Shown one piece after another: positions 39,050 through 50,347 of a DNA stretch of 64,000 bases; within the stretch, counting starts at the first letter, position 1, and every line of letters starts with the position of its first letter. The notes beneath the pieces were generated by a model. It was not told the origin of the DNA and searched no databases. It worked only from the letters and a program-made list of their open reading frames with translations. The DNA is from Malacoraja senta (taxonomy: Eukaryota), in assembly GCA_038087875.1 (NCBI GenBank), contig CM075988.1:2790001-2854000 (forward strand), given 5' to 3'. The position numbers and the translations under genes are program-made.

Positions 39050-39983
39050 CTGTTGCCTCCACCATGCCTTCAAGGATCACCACGATCTCAAAGTCCTCCT
39101 GCTGCAGCTGGCTGCGGCTCATCTCCCAGAAGGGGCTCTTCTCGTTGATCTCGTGGGAGATGATGAGCGGCGATACGAGGAAGAGCCGGTCATCGCCGGT
39201 GTCAAAGCCCACGTTGATGTCGGTCTGGTTGAGGGGGATGAACTCGCCTTCCTTGGTCTGCCGGGACTTGATGAGCTTGGCCCGGATGGAAGCCTCCACG
39301 ATGTGGGAGTTGCGGAGGTCCCCCACGCGGAACATCAGACAGAGCTTCTCATCTCGGAGAGAGATGACGGCGCGGTGCGAGAACATCAGCGTCTCCGCAC
39401 GGTTCTTGGGCTGAGAAATCTTCACGAACATGCATCCGACCATCAGGGCGTTGACGATAGATCCCAGGATGGCCTGGACCAGCAGCAAGATGATGCCCTC
39501 AGGACACTTCTCCGTGATAACTCTGTGCCCGTAGCCAATTGTCGTTTCAGTCTCGATAGAAAATAGAAATGCCGACACAAACCCGTTCAAATTGTCCACG
39601 CACGGCGTCCAGTTGGAGTCTCCCAGATGCTCAAGGTCTCCACGGATGTATGCTATCAGCCACCAGATGAAGCCAAAGAACAGCCAGGTAATGGTGAAGA
39701 CCAATGTGAAGATTAAAAGGTTAAAGCGCCACTTGAGGTCCACCAGGGTGGTGAAGAGGTCACTGAAATAGCGGTATGTCTCTTGCACATTTCCATGGTG
39801 GACGTTGCATTTCCCATCCTTGTTCACGTACCTTTGTTTCCGTTTCTTTGGCTCATTGAGCAGCCTCGGCCTGTCTGTGGTTAGCACATTGCCGCGGGCT
39901 TGTTTAGACAGCTTCTTAGATTCTCTTATATTCGCCCGAATGTCCATGTCGTTGTTGCGGGCGATTCGAGGCTCTCCTGGCAT
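39050..39983 (-). CDS. KCNJ5: G-protein-gated inward rectifier K+ channel Kir3.4/GIRK4, first coding exon (311 codons + 1 nt)
   Basis: Kir3 hallmarks [82 protein letters not shown]5-like N-terminus (KK..KQAR...TDR.RLL.E.KK); phase-1 donor ACAG|GTAGGG at 39050/39049, the conserved Kir3 intron position. Paralog assignment needs a tree. Confidence 0.9.
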
Positions 39984-40040
39984 TCTGTCCCGACTACAAC
40001 TCCTGCCTACTCCTCACAACGCACACCTGAAATAAAGATT
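39984..40040 (-). other. KCNJ5: Splice acceptor and 43-nt 5' UTR part of the KCNJ5 coding exon
   Basis: Minus strand TCTTTATTTCAG|GTGTGC with the exon starting at 40026; an in-frame TGA upstream of the ATG supports 39983 as the start codon and implies a non-coding upstream exon. Confidence 0.7.
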
Positions 40041-40124
40041 CCATATTCTGTTTGTAAAAATCGCACTGCAGCACAACAAGTCCATAAGGTTTAGTTTAGA
40101 GATACAGTGCAGACACAGGCCCAC

Positions 40125-41979
40125 AGATAGTAAAAGTTTCTTTAGGTATGTGAAGAGGAAAAAATTAGTTAAGACCAAAGTTGGGCCGTTGAAGACTGAA
40201 AAGGGTGAATTTATTATGGGAAACAAGGAAATGGCAGATGAGTTGAACAGTTACTTAGGATCCGTCTTCGCTATGGAGGACACAAATAATCTCCCTGATG
40301 TACTAGCCAGAGGATCTGGGGTGACTGAGGAACTGAAGGAAATCCACATTGGGCAGGAAATGTTGTTGGGTAGACTGACCGGACTGAAGGCTGATAAATC
40401 CCCAGGGCCTGATGGTCTGCATCCCAGGGTACTTAAGGAGGTGGCTCTAGAAATCATGGACACATTGGTGATCATTTTCCAATGTTCTATAGATTCAGAA
40501 TCAGTTCCTGTGGATTGGGGGGTAGCTAATGTCATCCCACTGTTTAAGAAAGGCGGGAGAGAGAAAACAGGGAATTATAGACCAGTTAGCCTGACATCGG
40601 TGATGGGGAAGATGCTGGAGTCAATCATAAAAGATGAAATGGCGGCACATTACGATAGCAGTAACAGGATCAGACTGAGTCAGCATGGTTTTTCGAAGGG
40701 GAAATCATGCTTGACTAATCTTCTGGAATTTTTTGAGGATGTAACTAGGAAAATGGACAAGGGAGAGCCAGTGGATGTTGGGTACATGGATTTTTAGAGA
40801 GCATTTGATCAGGTCCCACAAACGAGATTAGTGGGCAACATTAGGGCACATGGTATTGGGGGTAGAATGCTGACATTGATAGAAAATTGGTTGGCAGAAA
40901 GGAAACAAAGAATAGGGATTGACGTGTCCCTTTCAGAATGGCAGGAAGTGACTAGTGGGGTACCACAAGGCTCGGTGCTGGGACCGCAGCTATTTACAAT
41001 ATATATTAATGATTTAGATGAAGGGATTACAAATAACATTAGCAAATTTGCAGATGACACAAAGCTGGGTGGCAGTGTGAACTGTGAGGAGGATGCTATG
41101 AGTATGCAGGGTGACATGGACAGGTTAGGTGAGTGGGCAGATGCATGGCAGATGCAGTTTAATGTGGATAAATATGAGGTTATCCACTTTGGTAGCAAAA
41201 ACAGGAAGGAAGATTATTATCTAAATGGTGTCAAGTTGGGAAAAGGGGTAGTACAATGGGATCTGGGAGTCCTTGTTCATCAGTCAATGAAAGTAAGCAT
41301 GCAGGTACAGCAGGCAGTGAAGAAAGCGATGGCGTGTTGGCCTTCATAACAAGAGGAATTGAGTATAGAAGCAAAGAGGTCCTGCTGTTGTACAGGGCCC
41401 TAGTGAGACTACACCTGGAGTATTGTGTGCAGTTTTGGTCTCCAAATTTGAGGAAGGATTTTCTTGCTATTGAGGGAATGCAGCATAGGTTCGCCACGTT
41501 AATACCCGGGATGGCGGGACTATCATATGCTGAGAGAATGGAGCGGCTGAGCTTGTATAATCTGGAATTTAGAAGGATGAGAGGAGATCTTATTGAAACA
41601 TATACGATTATTAAGGGTTTGGACAAGGGTTAAGGGCAGGAAACATCTTCCCAATGTTGAGGAAGTCCAAAACCAAGGGCCACAGTTTAAGAATAAGGGG
41701 TAAGCCATTTAGAACGGAGATGAGGAAACATTTTTTCACACAGACAGTTGTGAGTCTGTGGAATTCTCTGCCTCAGAGGGCGGTGGAGGCCGGTTCTCTG
41801 GAAACTTTCAAGAGAGAGCTAGATAGGGCTCTTGAAGATAGCGGAGTCAGGGGATATGGGGAGAAGGCAGGAACTGGGTACTGATTGTGGATGATCAGCC
41901 ATGATCACATTGAATGGCGGTGCTGGCTTGAAGGACCGTAAGGCCTACACCTGCACCTATTGTCTATTGTTTATTGTCT
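40125..41979 (+). mobile_element. 5'-truncated CR1 LINE
   Basis: ORFs 40150-40797, 40831-41349, 41256-41633 and 41654-41884 carry CR1 RT motifs (KSPGPDGLHPRVLKE, KFADDTKLGG); (TATTGTC)n tail. Confidence 0.93.
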
Positions 41980-42393
41980 TCGGCCCACCTAGTGCGCACC
42001 GACCAGCAATCCCTGCACATTAACACCATCCAACACACACTAGGGACCAAAGATCATAGAGCGGAGCAAGATAGTCCACTCGTTGAAAAAGCCATGTTAG
42101 GTCATGAGTAATCCTCAGTGTCATTTCCGTAACCGACTTCCGTCTCCCCTCCCATCTACGATCTTTGGTCATGACGTCTCTTCTGGACCCTTCTCACCCA
42201 GGTGTTAGATAAAGTGAATTATTTTTCTTTTGATTACCTATAATTGTGCTGTGCTCTAAAATGGCAGACTCTAGCTTCAGTTCCTAGCGCAATATGTATG
42301 AAATTGTTGCAATGCAGAACACAGTTCTGAATCGCTAAAGACCGATGCATTTCATTTGCACAAGTGCGTTCCGCACACAGAACTGTCGCGGTT

Positions 42394-45300
42394 CATAGAA
42401 ACATAGAAACATAGAAACAAAGAAAATAGGTGCAGGAGGAGGCCATTCGGCCCTTCGAGCCAGCACCGCCATTCATTGTGATCATGGCTGATCATCCCCT
42501 ATCAATAACCCGTGCCTGCCTTCTCCCCATATCCCTTGATTCCACTAGCCCCTAGAGCTCTATCTCTCTCTTAAATCCATCCAGTGATTTGGCCTCCACT
42601 GCCCTCTGTGGAAGGTAATTCCATAAATTCACAACTCTCTGGGTGAAAACGTTTTTTCTCACCTCAGTCATAAATGAACTCCCCTTTATTCTAAGACTAT
42701 GCCCCTGGTTCTGGACTCGCCCAACATTGGGAACATTTTTCCTGCATTTAGCTTGTCCAGTCCTTTTATAATTTTATATGTTTCTTTAAGATCCCCCTCA
42801 TCCTTCTAAACTCCAGTGAATACAAGCCTAGACTTTTCAATCTTTCCTCATATGACAGTCCCGCCATCCCAGGGATCAATCTCGTGAACCTACGCTGCAC
42901 TGCTTCAATCACAAGGATGTTCTTCCTCAAATTAGGAGACCAAAACTGTACACAATACTCCAGATGTGGTCTCACCAGAGCCCTATACAACTGCAGAAGA
43001 ACCTCTTTACTCCTATACTGAAATCCTCTTGTTATGAATGCCAACATTCCATGAAGGCCAACATTCCATTAGCTTTCTTCACTGCCTGCTGTACCTGCAT
43101 GCCAACTTTCAGTGACCGGTGTACAAGGACACCCAGGTCTCGCTGCGCCTCCCCCTTACCTAACATAACCCCATTGAGATAATAATCTGCCCCCTTGTTT
43201 TTGCCGCCAAAGTGGATAACCTCACATTTATCTATATTATACTGCATCTGCCATGCATCTGACCACTCACTCAACCTGTCCAGGTCACCCTGCAACCTCC
43301 TAACATCCTCTTCACAGTTCACACTGCCACCCAGCTTTGTGTCATCCGCAAATTTGCTAGTGTTGCTCCTAATTCCCTCTTCCAAATCATTAATATATAT
43401 GATAAACAGTTGCGGCCCCAACACTGAGCCTTTCGGCACTCCACTCGCCACTGCCTGCCATTCTGAAAAGGACCCGTTCACTCCTACTCTTTGCTTCCGG
43501 TCTGCCAACCAATTTTCTATCCATGTCAACACCCTACCCCCAATACCATGTGCTCTAATTTTAGTCACCAGTCTCCCGTGCGGGACCTTATCAAAGGCTT
43601 TCTGAAAGTCTAGATACACTACATCCACTGGCACCCCTTCATCCATTTTACTTGTCACATCCTCAAAAAATTCCAGAAGATTAGTCAAGCATGATTTCCC
43701 TTTCATAAATCCATGTTGACTTGGACTAATCCTTTTGCTACTATCCAAATGCCCCATTATTACATCTTTAATAATTGACTCCAGCATCTTTCCCAGCACC
43801 GAAGTCAGGCTAACTGGTCTATAATTCCCCGTTTTCTCTCTCGCTCCTTTCTTGAAAAGTGCGATAACATTAGATATCCTCCAATCCACAGGAACTGATC
43901 CTGAATGTATTGAACATTGGAAAATGATCACCAATGCGTCCACTATTTCTAGAGCCACCTCCCTGAGGACCCTGGGATGCAGACCATCAGGCCCAGGGGG
44001 TTTATCATCCTTCAGTCCCATTAGCCTACCCAATACTATTTAATAATAATAATAATAATAATATCTTTTATTGTCATTGCACGTCAGTGCAACGAGATTC
44101 AGTATGCAGCTCCACCGATGTACAAGAAAAGTAAAATAAATAAATAAGCAAGTAAGCTGAGTGACGTGACCATCCGAGGGAGACTGTCCAGGGAGGGTGG
44201 GTGGGGGGGGGCACTCAGCAGGGCCGGTTCAGAGCCGCTATAGCTTTTGGAATAAAGCTGTTTCTGAGTCTGGAGGTTCGGGCGTAGAAGGCCTTGTAAC
44301 GTCTGCTGGAGGGAAGTAGTTCAAACAGTCCGTTACAAGGGTGTGATGAGTCCTTATGGATGCTGACGGCCTTCCTGAGGCACTGTGTGTGGTAGATGCC
44401 CTCCAAGGTTGTTAGCTCTGTCCCAATGATCCTCTGCGCTCTGTTGACGACGCGCTGAAGAGCTCTCCTCTCCGCCTCCGTGCAGCTGAGATACCACACA
44501 GAGATGCCATACGTTAATATGCTCTCTGTGGTGCAGCGGTAGAACGTTGTCAGCAGCTGTTGGGGCAGACCAGTCTTTTTTAATGTCCTCAGGAAGAACA
44601 GTCGTTGCTGTGCCTTCTTGACCAGCGCAGCGGTGTTGGTGGACCATGTGAGGTCCTCTGAAATGTGAGTGCCCAGAAACTTAAAGCTGGACACTCTCTC
44701 CACACTTTCCCCGTAAATGGAGATTGGGGCGTATTCTCCATTATGGGACCTCCTGAAGTCAATAATCAGCTCCTTGGTCTTGGAGGTGTTTAGTGACAAG
44801 TTGTTATGAGCGCACCAGTCCGCCAGGTTCTGCACCTCCGCTCTGTATTTTGTTTCATCACCGTTGGTGATCAGCCCAATCACTGTTGTGTCGTCTGCAA
44901 ACTTCACGATGGTGTTGGTGTCGAATGCAGGGACACAGTCGTGAGTGAAGAGGGAGTAGAGCATGGGGCTTAGTACACAGCCCTGTGGTGTGCCGGTGCT
45001 CAGGGTGATAGTGGAGGACAGGTGCGGGCCCAGTCTCACTGCCTGCGGTCGCTCCGTCAGAAAGTTCAGGATCCAATCGCATATCGGCGAGCTGAGGCCT
45101 AGCTGGTGGAGTTTGGTGGTGAGCTTGGTGGGGATGACCGTATTGAATGCAGAGCTATAGTCAATGAAGAGCATCCTCACATACGTGCCCTGTCTGACCA
45201 GGTGAGTCAGGACAGTGTGAAGAGCCAGAGAGATGGCATCCTCTGTTGATCTATTTGCCCTGTATGCAAATTGATGGGAGTCCAGTGAGGCAGGGATGCT

Positions 45301-48120
45301 GGATTTGATATGGGAGAGGACCAGCCTTTCAAAGCACTTCATTGGGATTGGAGTTAGGGAACCGGGCGGTAGTCGTTCAGGTTGGTGACTTTGGACTTTT
45401 TCGGCACCGGCACTATGGTGGCTGTTTTCAGGCACTTGGGGACCGTTGCCAGAGATAGAGACAGATTGAAGATTCTCGTGAATACCTCCGCCAGCTGTAC
45501 AGCACAGTCCTTTAGTACCCTTCCCTGGACTCCATCCGGGCCTGCAGCCTTGCGTGGATTGATCCTATGCAGAGCGCACTGTGCCTCCTGGGTGCTCAGT
45601 GTTAAGGCCTGTTCCTCCGCCATGGCCGGGGTTATTCCACTCCTGGTGGTGTTGCCAGTTTCGAACCGGGCAAAGAAGGTGTTTAGTTCGTTGGCCAGTG
45701 TGATATCACCGTGGGGGCAGGCGGGGCTGCTCTTGTAGTCAGTGATGTCCCTAACACCCTGCCACATGCTTCTGGTGTCCGCGGTGTTGAAGTGGTCTTC
45801 TACCCTTTGCCTGTGGACGTCTTTGGCCTTTTTTATGCCTCTGTTCAGGTTCGACCTGGCCGCACTGTAAGCAGAAGTGTCCCTGGATTTAAAGGTATTG
45901 TTGCGTGCCTTTAGCATATCCTGAACCTCCTTGTTCATCCAGGGTTTCCGGTTTGGGAACATCTTTATTTGCTTGTCCACTGTGACAGTCTCCGCACAGC
46001 AATTGATGTAGGAGAGCACAGTGGAAGTGTACTCCTCCAAGTCTACCTCTGTACCACTGGTAGCCTGTTGTGCAAACAGGTCCCAGTCGGTGCGATCAAA
46101 GCAGTCCTGGAGTTGTAGGGTGGCGTCCTTGGGCCATATTTTGACCGTCCTTATTGCAGGTTTGGTCTTGCGGATGAGGGGTTTGTATGCAGGCAGTATA
46201 AACAGTGAGAGGTGATCGGATTGTCCCAGGGATGGGCGGGGGAGAGCTCTGTATGCGTCCTTGATGTTGGTGTACACTTTATCCAACGTGTTTGAGCCCC
46301 TGGTAGGGCACTGCACATGCTGATGGAATTTGCGGAGTGTAGCTCGTAGGTCGACCTGGTTAAAGTCCCCTGCAACAATGAAGGCACCGTCGGGGTGAGC
46401 ATCCTGCTGCTTACTGATGGCCGGGTGCAGCTGTGCTAGAGCTAGGTTAGCATTAGCATGTGGTGGGATGTATATGGCCATGATGATAACCACAGTAAAC
46501 TCCCGAGGCAGGTAAAACGGCCTACATTTAAGCAGTAGGTATTCCAGGTCTGGGGAACATTAGCTCTCTACTGCAGTGTGGTTGGTGCACCAGTCATTGT
46601 TGATGTAGATGCAGAGCCCGCCACCCTTGCTCTTACCGGAGTCCTTTGTTCTATCAGCACGATGCTGATTCATTTCTCGCCTAATGAAAATTTCTTTCAG
46701 TTCCTCTATCCCCTTAGATCCTCTGTCCTCCAGTACATCTGGGAGATTGTTTGTGTCTTCCTCAGTGAAGACAGATCCGAAGTACCTATTCAACTCTTCT
46801 GCCATTTCCTTGTTGCCCATAATAATTTCATCCGTGTCTGCCTTCAAGGGACCCACATTTGACTTTGCTACTCTTTTTCCCTTAACATATCTCAAGAAGC
46901 TTTTACTGTCCTTCTTTGTATTCCTGGCCAGCTTCCCCTCGTACTTCATCTTTTCAGCCCATATTGCCCGTTTTGTTTCCTTCTGTTGTCCTATGAAAGT
47001 TTCCCAATCCTCTGGCTTCCGGCTACTCTTTGCTGTGTTATACATCTTTTCTTTTAGTTTTATTCTATCCCTAACTTCTCTTGTCAGCCACGGTTGCCTC
47101 CTACTCCCCTTAGAATCTTTCTTTCTTTTTGGAATGAAATGATCCTGCGTTTTCCGGATTATGCCCAGAAATTCCTGCCATTGCTGTTCCACCATCATTC
47201 CTGCTAGGATGCCTTTCCAGTCTACTTTGGCCAGCTCCCCTCTCATGCCTTCATAGTCCCCTTTGTTCAACTGCATCACTGCCACTTCTGATTTAACGTT
47301 CTCCTTCTCAAATTGCAGATTAAAACTAATCATATTATGATCACTACCTCCAAGCGGTTCCTTTACCTCGAGTTCTCTTATCATATCTGGTTCATTGGAT
47401 TACACTAAATCCAGAATTGCCTTTTCTCTGGTCGGCTCCATTACAAGCTGCTCTAAGAATCCATCTCGGAGGCATTCTACAAACTCTTTCTTGGGGTCCT
47501 GAACCAACCTGATTTTCCCAGTCTACCTGCATATTGAAATCCCCCATCACCACAGTGGCATTACCTTTGTTACATGCCAGTTTTAACTCCTGCTGCAACT
47601 TACACCCTACATCCCGGGCTACTATTTGGGGGTCTGTAAATAACACCAATTAGTGTCTTATTGCCTTTACAATTCCTCAACTCAATCCACAGTGACTCTA
47701 CCTCGTCAGTCCCTATGTCTTCCCTTGCAAGGGACTGAATTCCACCCCCCACCAGCAGAGCTACCCCCTGTCCTCTGCCCACCTGTTTGTCCTTTCTATA
47801 GGATGTATAACCCTGAATATTAAATTCCCAGGCCCGATCCTCCTGCAGCCACATCTCAGTAATCCCCACAATGTCAAATCTACCAACCTCTAACTGAACC
47901 TCAAGCTCATCCACTTTACCTCTTATACTTCGCGCATTCATATACAATACTTTTAATTCCTTACGCATCTCACCTTTCACATCGATCCCTATTACACTTG
48001 GCCATACTCTCCTATCCCTTTGTGAGCTTCCTTTCCTGTTAATTCTGGGGTCATTAACCATCGCTTTACTCTCTTTGCCTTTAACTCCATCCTCAACTAT
48101 CCCATTTGACACCCCTCCCC
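42394..48120 (-). mobile_element. CR1 LINE with near-complete but broken ORF2 (APE endonuclease and RT)
   Basis: LKVLYMNARSI..DIVGITE.WL, VIYRPP, VMGDFN, GGSDH, then RT motifs in 43032-44033; (TTTCTATG)n tail at 42394-42425. Confidence 0.93.
44042..46671 (-). mobile_element. Young Rex1/Babar-type LINE inserted in the CR1
   Basis: ORFs 45354-46493 and 44215-45435 ([51 protein letters not shown]) separated by one frameshift near 45360; (TTA)n tail; ATTT duplicated at 44038-44041 and 46672-46675. Confidence 0.92.
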
Positions 48121-49331
48121 CCTAATGGATCGTATTGGGAGTCTAAAATCAAATTAGCATCCGATGTTTCTTAATGCAGTTTCTTGATTGTGAATTAGGA
48201 ATTTATGCACTCAGGACATTTTTACTCGATTTTTGTCTTGGAAAAATATAATTGGTTTCTATTTCAAATGGTTTACACCATTAACTAATCACAACTGAAG
48301 TAAACTCTTTTAAAACACGTTGTTCCTGCAATTTATCATTTACGTGGTTTAAAAAACAAAATATATGAATACCAATTAGCAGAATATAGGGTAACCATCT
48401 GACCATGTATAACTATTTATTTTACAGCAAAGAAATATATAGATTTTAAAACACGGGTATTGTAAGCGTCGGATTACAGTAAAGGTGCCTCAACATTAAG
48501 TGTTCCATTTCTCTACAAATCTCCAAAATGCTACCCATAATAAAAAAAATATTTTGAATTCCATGTAAACGTCTATCACTTTTATTTATTCGATCCAAAA
48601 TGAAAAGGCGAAATGTTAATAAAATGCTAATCATTACAAGCTTTTTTGGGCTGTTTGTGGCAAGAATCTTCATGTTGTATTGTCATTTGCTTTTGCACAC
48701 ATTGAAAAGAAAAGTAAAGAAAAGAGTAAAGAAAATAACTGGGCTAAGTGCAGGGAGAATCGGAATCGCTGTATTTTTCACCCATTCAATCGGGCCCCAA
48801 AGCATTGTGTGCGTCGATTTTAGAAACTGTCATACAAGTAATGAAAAGAGGGGAATGAAGCGTGTATTTACGGGAAAGGGACTTTCAGTCTGAAGAAGGG
48901 TCTTGACCCGAAACGTCACCCATTCCTTCTCTCCAGAGATGCCGCCTGTCCTGCTGAGTTACTCCAGCATTCTGTGTCAATCTTCAGTTTAAACCAGCAT
49001 CTGCAGTTCCTTCCTGAGCATTGCCCTCTCCGTCATGCCATTTTTAATGGTCGAATTGCAGATAATGCAGGCCATTGAAATATTGCTCTGACAACAAGCA
49101 AACATTTGCTAAAAGTAATTCCATCCTGGACTGTAAACCAAAGCTCTCATTCGTCCTCCTCAAAAAAGACAATGGTTGCATGCTCCGATTCCATTCTAAG
49201 TTAGTATTTCAGAAACTTTTCAATTACCATACCAAATCATTCCCATCATAGTTTTCCTCATTTCTATTTTCAAATAAAGAAACCAACCCGACCCGACTCC
49301 GCTCTATGATCTTTGCTGATTACACATTCCA

Positions 49332-49402
49332 CGGAAGTCGGGTCGGGTTTGCTAAAATGGCGGCCGCCCCGCCCCGTTCCGTACTACACGTTAGTCCATT
49401 GG
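49332..49402. promoter_or_regulatory. Cluster of ETS, YY1, GC-box and CCAAT motifs in the right end of the P-like element
   Basis: CGGAAGT 49332-49338, AAAATGGCGG 49354-49363, CCGCCCCGCCCC 49364-49375, ATTGG 49398-49402. Motif matches only; activity unknown. Confidence 0.4.
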
Positions 49403-49689
49403 ATTTTGCAGGAGTGGACCATCTTGCTCCGCTCTATCATCTTTGCTAGTGACAACTTACAGTTACCCCAAGCCAATTAACCTACAAACCTGTACGTCAT
49501 TGGACTGTGGGACGAAACTGAAGATTTCGGAGAAAACCCACTTGGTCACGGGGAGAACGTACAAACTCTGTACAGACAGCATCTGTAGTTGGGATTGAAC
49601 CTGGTTCTGCGATGCTGTAAGGGAGTAGCTCAACTGCTCCGCCACCGTGCCGTCCTTAAAGAGGTAGAGGAGCAAATGTTTCCAAACTA

Positions 49690-49990
49690 AGTCTGGTCAT
49701 GCGTGAGGAGGTGAGATTCCGTGAGGAGGGGTTACAGACTGGTAGGAGAGCGAACCGGGGTAATGCCTCCAGCCCCTTCAAGGTCGGCTGCAGAGGGCAC
49801 CTCCGGGACACAATGATGGCCGGGCGAGGAGAGGAGAGGGACGTCGGTTTGCGGGAACTGCTCCAGTACATCGAGAGCCGACAGGACGTTGGACTTTGGA
49901 AATGGCACCAAAACATGGCCTGCCTGCGTAATACATGCAGAGAGAATTTCATTGTGTAGTCGCACATGCGACAAATAAAGCATTATTGAA
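49690..49990 (+). mobile_element. Non-coding retroposon fragment with a Rex1-like 3' end
   Basis: Ends GAATTTCATTGTG..GACAAATAAAG, similar to the tails at about 21150-21180 and 44065-44100. Confidence 0.5.
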
Positions 49991-50130
49991 CAAATGAACA
50001 CTGAATCAAATCTGTGGCGGTGACACAACAGGTCAGAGAGTTTCACACTCTCTCCATTGCAACAGCCCAATCCGTCAGGAATACGTGCACAATCCCGATC
50101 TCATGGCAGGATTATGGGAGCAGACAAATT

Positions 50131-50347
50131 GTGTAGGAATGAACTGCAGATGCTTGTTTATACCAAAGATACACACAAAGTGCTGGAGTAACTCAGTGGG
50201 TCAGACAGCATCTCCGGAGAAAAAGAACAGGTGACATTTCGTGTCGGGACCCTTCTTCAGACTGAAGAAGGGTCCCAAATTGAAACCTTACCTATCCATG
50301 TTTCCAGAGATGTTGCCTGACCCGCTGAGTTTCTCCAGTACTTTGTG
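50131..50347. mobile_element. Head-to-head Penelope-derived terminal-repeat palindrome
   Basis: Perfect core GGGACCCTTCTTCAG-A-CTGAAGAAGGGTCCC at 50246-50276 with imperfect arms beyond it. Confidence 0.8.

Larger units (their letters stand above)
42048..49445. mobile_element. P-element-like non-autonomous DNA transposon (about 1.6 kb of its own sequence, expanded by nested insertions)
   Basis: 34-bp TIRs starting CAAAG (42048-42081 and 49412-49445, 2 mismatches); 8-bp TSD CTAG(G/T)GAC at 42040-42047 and 49446-49453; perfect 11-bp internal inverted repeat CCGACTTCCGT at 42133-42143 and 49331-49341. Confidence 0.78.
40089..49655 (-). mobile_element. Single V-domain SINE split into three pieces (about 40089-40122, 41979-42047, 49446-49655) by later insertions
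   Basis: The pieces join collinearly into the same SINE seen intact elsewhere (tail..ACAGGCCC | TTCGGCCCACC..CTAGGGAC | AA..GCCAATTAACCTACAAACC..tRNA-like head). Confidence 0.8.

Noticed and set aside
46560..47384. 274-aa ORF that looks like a novel fusion protein
   Set aside because: Chance in-frame junction between the host CR1 and the nested Rex1 element at about 46672.
48124..49290. Transposase or THAP remnants inside the P-like element
   Set aside because: The short ORFs (48446-48673, 48600-48893) show no convincing THAP or DDE motifs by eye; a translated HMM search is needed.
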